From: Octopus vulgaris
Lineage: Eukaryota
Assembly (NCBI GenBank): GCA_951406725.2
Contig: OX597820.1
Coordinates: 121,086,001-121,150,000 of the forward strand
Reading direction: 5' to 3'
Length of the DNA: 64,000 bases
Below the pieces are notes generated by a model. It saw only the letters and a list, made by a program, of their open reading frames with translations, did no database searches and was not told the DNA's origin. Every line of letters starts with the position of its first letter. The first letter of the stretch is position 1. This document shows positions 54,325 through 64,000 of the stretch, piece after piece. The position numbers and the translations under genes are program-made.

Positions 54325-54594
54325 ATATATGGGTACAGGGCATAAAATAAACCTTAAACACAATGAGGAATGAAAACATAAAAACCAATACATAGAAACG
54401 AACTTTTTTTTCAAACAATGAAAAAAACCCAGAAAAACGAGACATACAACAAATATAATATTCCCCTTCTTCACCTGTCCCTGTTTCATCTACTCCGCGC
54501 CCGAAGGCAAGGACGAGACACGACCTCGCCGAAACAGTCCTTCCCGCACAGCGCCCACGCATTTATAGAAATTCTCCATAAATAGACGTAAGTA

Positions 54595-54595
<1 letters not shown>
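54325..54595 (-). repeat. TA-flanked unclassified repeat (related terminus at 37095-37215)
   Basis: aaataaac.t.aacacaa.gag.aa.gaaaa.ata...gaaacg.actttttt is shared with 37128-37195. Confidence 0.55.
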
Positions 54596-54678
<83 letters not shown>

Positions 54679-54699
54679 TACATAGATAGATAGAGGGAG

Positions 54700-54870
54700 A
54701 GAGAGAGTTCCCGAAAAAAACCCAAAAGACGAAGACAGGTCGTGTAGAAAACAAACAGATGTATTAGTATAACGCTCAGGAATTGAAAAGGTCTTTTACG
54801 TTTCGAGCCTACGCTCTTCTACAGAAAGAAACAAGGAGAGAAAAAAATTTGTGTAGTGGCTATCGATCTA
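54700..54870 (-). mobile_element. Variant-hammerhead TA-adjacent element, copy 3
   Basis: Minus strand: tcttt-CTGTAGAA-gagc gtag gctc-GAAACGTA-aaaga at 54792-54829, with perfect stems I and II. TA runs on both sides. Confidence 0.78.
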
Positions 54871-54946
<76 letters not shown>

Positions 54947-56548
54947 TTGATTGGTATAAATATGTGCATGTGTATGTGTGTGTATATATAAACATATATA
55001 TACATACATATGCGCACACATATACACACACATGCCTGTTTGCAATCCTATACGCACATTTATAGTAATTCTCCATAAAACGGTCCGTATATCCTGAAGA
55101 CTGACACTATGGTAAAAGAGTAGTATTCTAGTGGTGCTCTGTCGTCGTTCTTGGCTCATAGAGAGCCAAATATCTGGAGAGTCGATACTCAAACCTCACA
55201 AATAAATAGGTGGAGTGGAGAATAGAAGTCATTCTTCACACCTGTCTCTAGGATTTCCTGCTTAGGAAGCGCAGTAATGTGCATATATGTCTATAAACAT
55301 GTCCGAGAACCTTTTGATACCACCTCGACCGAAATATTTCATAGATATGAACACTCACCGTAAATTCAAAAGGCAATAGACTTTAACCATAGAAGACACT
55401 TCATATATATATAAATACATAAACTCAACTCGGTAGAGGGAGACAGAATAATAGAGTAGACAATACATAGAGGGTCTAGAAGAATAGGACAAAATCAAAA
55501 TTGTGTTAGAAGTGTAGGTCAGGAGGAGCGGAAGGATATATACAAGAAAATTGAGTGTGTTGGAGGCGTATAGAGGAGATATATGGAACTGTGACTGAAC
55601 TATGTATATAATTATCATAATATTTGTAAAATTCACCTATAAGGTTTATATTTCTGCGCTGACCCTTTGGTAAATGCATTAATGGTTTTTACCCATTATT
55701 AGAATTAATATTTGAAAAATTTACTCCTTGATCAAAGTTGCATTCACTGTGGATTTGTTTTGATATACTACACGTGGCTAAAAAAGTGATGGAAATTCTA
55801 CTTTACTGCATATTTTCATGAGTGTGTGGATATGTTGCTGCACGAAGTCGCTGCTGGTATACGCATGTGTAGATATTCATGAATTTATGCTACGGAGCAA
55901 CGTTGCTGAAGATAGCAGTAGGTAGAATTTTTTTTACCTGAAGCTTGAGACGGGATCTTGTACACATTTAACAAAAAAAAAATTAATTCATTATTTCTTT
56001 TGCTTGACTTTCTGCCTGTGTTTTATTTTACGGATTTTTAAGTTGGTACTAGCGTCTTTTGCTGTCTATTTTCGAGCTCGTCGAGAGGCTTATTGCCAAT
56101 CACATATTATAAATATGTATATAATTTTTAAAATATTTGTAAAATTTGCATATTGGGTTTTTATTTCTGCGCTGACCTTTTGGTAAGTCATTAATGATTT
56201 TTAACCTTTATTATAATTAACATATATATATTCCTGAAGGGTAGTTGGTGCTATACGTATCACTTGAATTTTATAAGGCTGCCCGGATTTTTCCTACTCC
56301 ATTCCGTAACACTTGTATTCTTTTTCGCACATTTGGCAACACTGATCGCCTACCGTAGAATAGAAAAAGAATTGTTTTCTATTCATCGGTCTTCGATAAA
56401 GAAGGTTAATCCGCATAATTCCGTCTCAATAAATCAATGTTGTTCCTGAAAGTTACTACGGATTTACTACGGATTGCTCGAACCTAACTTTCTTCCTACA
56501 CCTCGATTTCTCTATCCTACATTTGTGAGTGCATATATATACATATAT

Positions 56549-56611
<63 letters not shown>

Positions 56612-56687
56612 AGAAATTATACAAAATGTATAAGTGGATCATGAGCAAAGCACCAGCACATTTTCGATTATATACATATGTATGTAT

Positions 56688-56780
<93 letters not shown>

Positions 56781-56783
<3 letters not shown>

Positions 56784-58058
56784 TTGAAAGAGTGGTAAGA
56801 TCAAGGGTAGCTACCTTCCTAGAGATCCACAAACTCCTAAATGCAAATCAGCATGGCTTTCGCTGTGGTAGGGACTGTCTAATACACTTCTTACACCTCA
56901 TCGATGATATACTTTGGAACAGGTTCGAACTCTGATGTCATATATCTTGACTGCAGCAAAACGTTCGACATGGTTGAACATAATATCTTACTCTCAAAAT
57001 TGGCAAATTTTGGAATCCGTGGAAAACTCCTATACTAGATCGAGTATTTCTTAGCGAAGAAGATACATGTTGTGTTCGATGGAGTCGACTCAAGCCCAGC
57101 AAAAGTCACCACTGGTGTCCCTCAGAGGACTGTCTTGGGCCCGCTTTGCTTTATAATCTACATAAACGACCTTTCCAGCGTTGTAAAACATTGCAAAGTG
57201 AAAATATTCGCTAATGACTCTAAACTCCAGAAAATCATCAATGAAGAAGACCGAACTCAACTCAAGTCTAATCTACATGCGTCGAGTCAATGGGCAGACA
57301 AAAATAAAATGCAACTAAACGAGGGAAAAATTTGAGCTGATGCGTTTTGGAAAAAATCACTAAGCTAAAACAACCGTACTCTCTTCCTTTAGGGGAACCG
57401 CTCACGGCATCTAATAATATCAGAGACCTGGGTGTAATTGTTGATAATAATCTCAGTTTGAGTGCCCACATCAGCAATAAGGTCGATATAGCTCGTAGGG
57501 TGTGCTCCTGGGTCTTAATCCTCCGTTCCAGAGAACAAGGTGTCATCATTCCACACTTCTTCTCCTTTGTACGGCCACACCTCGAATACTGCTGCCCCTT
57601 GTGGTCTCCCCATACCAAACAAAGCATCTCGAAAATTGAATCACTCTATTCTCTCCAGTGCCGCCGCGAGCGGTACATCATTTATACGATGTGGAGAATG
57701 TACCGCCAGCATTGCTCAAACTACTTGAACATTAGCTTCAAGGTTCATTCAAGGCTGGGACCACGGGCCATAATCCCCTGCCCAATTCAAGATCACAACA
57801 TATAGGTACACTGCGACACAATTTCTTATCCTCAACAGGCCATGCCCTGTTTAACATTGTCCGAAAACTGATCAAAGAGGAAAAGGATCCCATCACCTTT
57901 AAACGGAGTCTGGACAGATTTCTTCAAGGAATGCGAGATAAGCTTCTTATACCTGTATAAAACTCACTCAATAAGACTTGACTTCAAAAGAATTTAGATA
58001 ATCCTATCAGGTGGTTCTATTATGTTAGACATGGCCTCGATCAATCTTTGGCCGAAAC
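56781..58058 (+). pseudogene. 5'-truncated CR1-group LINE reverse transcriptase, flanked by (TA)n
   Basis: QHGFRCGRDC, IYLDCSKTFDMV, GVPQRTVLGPLCFIIYINDL, IFANDSKL, RDLGVIVDNNL and VRPHLEYCCPLWSP. Contains stops and frameshifts. Confidence 0.92.
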
Positions 58059-58102
58059 ATATATATATATATATATAAGTTCAGCAAAAATTTAGATTCA
58101 AA

Positions 58103-58195
58103 TAATTGGCTGATGAGTGCTCAGCATTTTAAAACTGTTGTAATACTTACAACATTTAATAAAATGATGTAGTACGAAACGATCGTACCGAATTA
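58103..58195 (+). ncRNA. Type I hammerhead ribozyme motif
   Basis: taattgg-CTGATGA(58110-16)-gtgct cagcatttta...taaaatgatg t agtac-GAAA(58176-79)-C gatc G-TA-ccgaatta. Predicted cut after 58187. Confidence 0.88.
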
Positions 58196-58342
58196 CCGGA
58201 GTCATTCTTGTTGCTTATTTTGATCATATATATATATATATATATATGGGGGGCTGTGTGGCAACAAGCCCCTTTACCAACCACATGCTTCCGGGTTCAG
58301 TCCCACTGTGAGGCAACTTTGTCAAGTGTCATTTACTATAAC

Positions 58343-59030
58343 CATGCTGTACTTTTTTGCATTCGCGCCAGAAGATCCATTACGACCATTTTCGAGTATT
58401 TGGATATCAATCTGACGACAGTGCAATCTCAGGACATGTACCGAGAATGATAAAAATCAAACATCCGTTCAACATTATGGTGTTTGGAGTGATCACTAGC
58501 GATGGTGATGTTATGCCTCCAGTCATTTTTCCACACGGTCTCACACTCAACACTGAAGCCTAGATCAAGTGCCAAGAGGAGGTAGTGTTGCCCTGTGTCA
58601 AATGGGTGACCGCTGGAAGACCCTATGTCTGCGACACAAACAGGAGAATCCAGTCATAGCAGTCAGACAATTTCTGCGACCACATCGCCCCCAACATCTG
58701 GCCACCTAAATTCCCAGACTGGAATCTGCTTGATGATTATGTGTGGGATGCAGTTGAGCGAGAGACCAACAAAACTTCTTGTAAGACAAAGGAAAGGATT
58801 ACTGTACTCTTTCACCAACTTTAAAAAGGAGACAGTCCAGAAGATTGGGAGGACATTCCGAAGTTGTCTGGAGGCCGTGGTTAAAGCCAATGGCGATTTT
58901 ATTGAATAAATTACGCATTAGTACTTCAAGATATTTCTATGTAATTTTAGTAAATATATCTGTTAAAATGCGATGTCGGTTTTATTTTCATTTTTGCGTA
59001 ATTTAAACTACAATACATTCACCGCACCAT
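58343..59030 (+). pseudogene. Deleted Tc1/mariner (DD37D-like) transposase remnant
   Basis: KHPFNIMVFGVITSDGDVMPP..GLTLNTEA, AGRPYV, DHIAPNIWPP and DYVWDAVERETN. Confidence 0.8.
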
Positions 59031-59725
59031 ATGTTTAAATATAATTTAAAGATCCAGTAGAGGTAGAATCAACAAAAAAGTACTCCATCCAGTGAGAGAT
59101 AAATATCAACTCAAATACATCTATATTTACCCCCTCTTAAGAGTGGAGGCTCTCATATTGACTTGTGGGGCATAAAAGCACTCGTGTTTATATCGCTATC
59201 GGAAGATAATCGTCCATTATTGCCACCGGAACCACTAGATCACGCGATTTCGGGCTGCATTGCTTTGTCAATGGTAGACGTCTGCGGCTAGATATGGCAG
59301 CGATCTTGTCCGTTAGGGATACATATGTATACGCCCAGTGTTAATTCAGGCACTGGCGTCGCAAATAACCAGTCGGCTCATTAAAAAAAAAATAATTAAT
59401 AGCGACAGGTTTAATATTTACCCCCCACTTAGAAGTAGAATGGTTAAACACAAAAACTGCATTTCCACCCCACCCCTCAGGAAGAACTCATATGTCATGA
59501 TATAAATCATATTACACACACACACACACAGTCACACACACTCACATATACACACGCACACGAGCGCACCTTTTTCCCCGAGCTTCAAACTCTATCACCT
59601 GCTTGTTCCCTTACATCTGTCTTTTGTTTTGTATACATTTGAAACATATATACATATCTATTTGTGTGTGTTTCGTTTTTGGATTTGGCTTGCAAGATTC
59701 TTTATATGAGTTCGTGTGTTGAAGC

Positions 59726-59963
59726 ATATTCTGTTGTATCTGGGGAGAGTCATTCTCTTTTAGTGCCTTATTATTTAACACACTCACCGGTAAAATTTCC
59801 ACTTATTTCTTATTTTCTTGAGTCAAAACTATTGAAAAGGTTGCAAGACCGAACGAAAATTTTAGAAAATAAAAAATAAGAAATAAGTGGTAATTTTACC
59901 GGTGAGTGTGTTAAATAATAAGGCACTAAAAGAGAATGACTCTCCCCAGACACAACAGAATAT
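59726..59963. repeat. Near-perfect foldback with ~90-bp arms
   Basis: 59726-59816 is the reverse complement of 59873-59963, with two visible mismatches. Confidence 0.9.
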
Positions 59964-60653
59964 TTGCGTGTGTGCGTGGTTAAATCGAATATTAGAAATA
60001 AATATCAAAACAAAAGGGCGTAACGATCATATAATCCGTTTGGTAGGGGGTAGCACAATATTCCTTCATGCAAGGGCACTTCCATTCACAATGCCCCCGT
60101 CTACCCGACTGAATTACCTCTTGCTGATTGCAATTCTATTGTCATATTAGATTTCCTAATCGGCCGACACTCACAGCGGGGTGAGCCTGTGTGTGCAGGT
60201 GAGTTTATGAAGAATAAACATTAACAAAAGTACGTATGTTTACACTCGTATGTAAGGTAAGGCCTTCCTATGTTTGTGCTGTTTTTAGGCAATGGGATAT
60301 TCACTCATCTTTTTATAATGATATTTTGCAATAATTTATAAAAACAGTGTGTGTCTGCGGATGTATGTATATATGTATGCATTCATGTGTGTGTATGTCT
60401 GTGTGTATGCTTATGTGTATGCCCGCGCACGTGTTTGCGTATGTGTGTGTGTGTTTCTCTGTATACGTCGAATGATTTTTACAACAAAAGATTAATGATA
60501 GCATTTAAATACTGAGAAATATAGAAAACTTGCAACAAAATATAAATTTATATAGTCATATAGATAGATAAATATATACATACATACACACATATTACAT
60601 ATATATCCATACATACACACACACACATATATATATTTTTTTGTCTTTTTTTT

Positions 60654-60944
60654 CCGACTAGGCTATCAGATGTTGCTACACATCGCTGGTCACAATGCGC
60701 TTCGTATTGTTTTAGTCTTCAAATGACGCCACCCCGCTGGGTAAGCGAGCAGGCCAACAGAAGAAAGAGTGAGAGAAAGTTGTGTCGAAAGAGTACTGCA
60801 GGGATCGCCACCACCCCCTGCCGGAGCCTCGTGGAGCTTTTAGGTGTTTTCGCTCAATAAACACTCACAACGCCCGGTCTGTGAATCGAAACCGCGATCC
60901 TACGACCGCGAGTCCGCTGCCCTAACCACTGGGCCATTGCGCCT

Positions 60945-60946
<2 letters not shown>
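60654..60946 (-). mobile_element. SINE family B (tail type 2)
   Basis: Head is near-identical to the copies at 3713 and 39782. The 3' tail is the alternative type. Confidence 0.9.
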
Positions 60947-60983
<37 letters not shown>

Positions 60984-60998
60984 TACATACATACATAC

Positions 60999-61228
60999 AT
61001 TTCTTTACTACCCACAAGGGGCTAAACACAGAGGGGACAAACAAGGACAGACAAAGGGATTAAGTCGATTACATCGACCCTAGTGCGGAACTGGTACTTA
61101 ATTTATCGACCCCGAAAGGATGAAAGGCAAAGTCGACCTCGGCGGAATTTGAACTCAGAACGTAACGGCAGACGAAATACCACTAAGCATTTCGCTTGGC
61201 GTGCTAACGTTTCTGCCAGCTCGCCGCC
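60999..61228 (-). mobile_element. SINE family C monomer
   Basis: Single unit of the 4208/49198 element. Confidence 0.92.
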
Positions 61229-62889
61229 TTAATATATTATATATTATATATATTATATTATATATATACACCCACACACACAGACACCCACACATGTGCG
61301 CGCACACGGGTATATGTAAACAACGTTCATCACACTTGCAGTTTGCATAGAGTTACCTCATCCTGGCGGATGCTCTTAATATCATCCATCAATGATGAAA
61401 TCCAGTCAGTCTCCTCCGCAGAAAATATATTAACAAGCCTTAGCAAGTATTGGCTAATGTGATTCTCTGTTCAAATATTGGCGAGACAAGTAATATTGAA
61501 GACGAGAGAGAGAGAGAGAGAGAGAGAGGCAGACGTAGGGCTGGGAAACATAGAGGCACAGCGGAGCGGCGGGAAAGGAAACCAAATGGACAAAGAATAG
61601 ATTATAGTGTTACAGCTGGAGAAGCGGGGTTGGTTAAGGAGATGAGATGAAATGTGAGCTATGCTGTAAAGGATATGGTGGAGATGGTGTGGGGGAAGGC
61701 CTGTATGAAATGAAAGTTTGGTGGGTATGGGGCGAGAGGGCGGGGGTTGCGGTGAATGTGAAGGGAATGTTGTGTGAGATGGGATGTTGTGTGTATAGTA
61801 ATGAAGGAAGCGATATTTGAGATGATATTGAGAAAGGAGAGGAAAATGGAGAAGATGAGGGGGGAGGGATGTTGTTGGTGGTGCATATGTGGTATGTAAT
61901 GGTAGAAAAGGGGAGTAAGGATATTGTAGTAGAGGAGGAGGAGGAAGTGGTGGTGGTGAGGGTACTCTTAGTGATAGTGGTGTTGTTGATGACGATGTCG
62001 AAGATGATGATGATGATTAGAAGGAGGAGGCTCATGGTGTGCACAGCGGCGATGTCTACGACCATGATGATGTTAGTTCTGGATCGAGGAGCGAAAAGGA
62101 GATTCCTCTTAATGGGGAAAAAACTGAGCGCAGTAAAACCTTGGAAGCATTATTTCACTTCATTTTCTATTCCGGAGACAGTAACAGCTATTTTCATACT
62201 AAATCAGTGAGGCTGGATCTCGATTCAATAACGAAATCTTGTCGGGTTTTGATTAAACGACGACAACTTTCTGCTTCGTTTCCACCCCGCTTCAGGTTTC
62301 TCTTACGAAATCAGATTTTTAAAAGTCCTTAAGTAATGGTAACAGCAGAGTTCTTTCCCCTTTCTGCTGATTTAAAACATCCAACTGGAGTTTTCAGCTA
62401 TAGAGTACAAGTTTGCCCTTTAACCAAAACACACACGCACACCTTATTGTGAAATGAAGCGTTGTCATATCTCTTTTGTGAGTTGGCGAGCTCTCTTCGC
62501 CAAAGACCAAGAATAATCACTCGTTATATATTGTGGAAGTTCTCATAATTTCTCAAAACCTGCTGATGAAATTGCTCCTCACCCTCAAAGTCAAATGATG
62601 ACTCTGTTATTATAGAAGTAATTAAGTACAATGCATCCAATAAAGAGAACAGCAATATAAAGACGAGCGGAGAACTCCACTGATGTTGGACCACGATAAA
62701 TGCCAAAAGCAAGTTCTCTGTCCAAGCTCTCGCCTTCAGCCAACATGGGGTGGCAAAATAAGACCAATTTTCTGGGGTCTCAAACGTTATTTTCACTCAT
62801 AGATCCTTAAACCGGAAAGTTGTCCATCCATTTCCAGTCTCACTTTTCTTTCCATGAAGTAATTAAAAAAACTGAAATCATTCGAAGTA

Positions 62890-63312
62890 GGCGCAGGAGT
62901 GGCTGTGTGGTAAGTAGCTTGTTTACCAACCACATGGTTCCGGGTTCAGTCCCACTGCGTAGCATCTTGGGCAAGTGATTTCTGCTATAGCCTCGGGCCG
63001 ACCAAAGACTTGTGAGTGGATTTGGTAGGCGGAAACTGAAAGAAGCCCGTCGTATATATGCATATATATATGCGTGTGTGTGTTTGTGTGTCTATGTTTG
63101 TCCCCCTAGCATTGCTTAACAACCGATGCTGGTGTGTTTATGTCCCCGTTACTTAGCGGTTCGGCAAAAAGAGACCGATAGAATAAGTACTGGGCTTACA
63201 AAAAAAAAAGAATAAGTCCCGGGGTCGATTTGCTCGATTAAAAAAGGCGGTGCTCCAGCATGGCCGCAGTCAAATGACTGAAACAAGTAAAAGAGTAAAG
63301 AGTAAAAGAGAG
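62890..63312 (+). mobile_element. SINE family A, young copy
   Basis: Near-identical to 16849-17282. Confidence 0.92.
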
Positions 63313-63762
63313 CTGTGAACGTCCGTAGTGATTGCAGCCTAATCCGCCAAATCTTTCGTCACGATTTCAATTCAATTCCATCCAGCTTTTCTTCACCCAC
63401 AGCTGAATGCGGCACCAGCCAGCCGGATTATCCATGGATGGTTATAATCCTATCTGTCCATGCAGCTCAATTGCAGGCTGGAGATTTCGTCTCGCTGCCG
63501 GCAAATGGAGCCAGTGTCATATCCAGCTGAGAGAGTTCTGGAAGACCACTCCAAATTCCCTGGGCTGAAAATCCTCCAGAAGAAGGCAGTTGCTTTCAGC
63601 AGCATTGATGTTCAGAATTTAGCCCAAGGCATCGTTGCCCAGTCTCACAATTTTATCAGTGAGAGAATGCATATGGCGGTATCCAGGATTTTGAATATCC
63701 GACAACGTTTTGTAATTTTCCTTATGATCCTTCATCCGTCATACTATTGAAAATTAAAGATC

Positions 63763-63855
63763 TAATCATCATCCTCATCATCACCATCACCATCACCATC
63801 ACCATCATCATCACCATCATCATCACCATTATCATTATTATTATCATTATTATTA

Positions 63856-63892
<37 letters not shown>

Positions 63893-64000
63893 CATCATTA
63901 TTATTATTATCATCATTATTATTATTATTATTATCATTACCATCACCATCACCATCATCATCACCATCATCATCACCATTATCATTATTATTATCATTAT
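63763..64000. repeat. (ATC)/(ACC)/(ATT)n trinucleotide repeat
   Basis: Directly visible. Confidence 0.95.

Overview
AT-rich, repeat-saturated eukaryotic genomic DNA. The SINE and repeat repertoire points to an animal, probably an Octopus/cephalopod (inference). I found no intact host protein-coding gene; almost all ORFs in the supplied track are translations of microsatellites. The window holds four tRNA-derived SINE families, decayed LINEs (RTE, R4/Dong-like, CR1-group), Penelope-like (GIY-YIG) remnants, Tc1/mariner and Helitron remnants, three copies of an 8-bp-TSD MITE carrying telomere-like repeats, and many foldbacks. The most striking signal is a dense set of type I hammerhead ribozyme (HHR) motifs. 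Five have canonical cores and checkable stems: 533-599(-), 7998-8086(+), 32333-32374(-), 33864-33970(+) and 58103-58195(+). About nine more are variant or decayed. They sit in short non-coding elements that mostly abut (TA)n microsatellites, often as inverted pairs. One is a ~150-bp ribozyme-only unit whose 3' terminus matches a Penelope-like remnant, and a three-copy family has a non-canonical CUGUNGAA core. All calls are by eye, without database searches or folding software, so boundaries are approximate.
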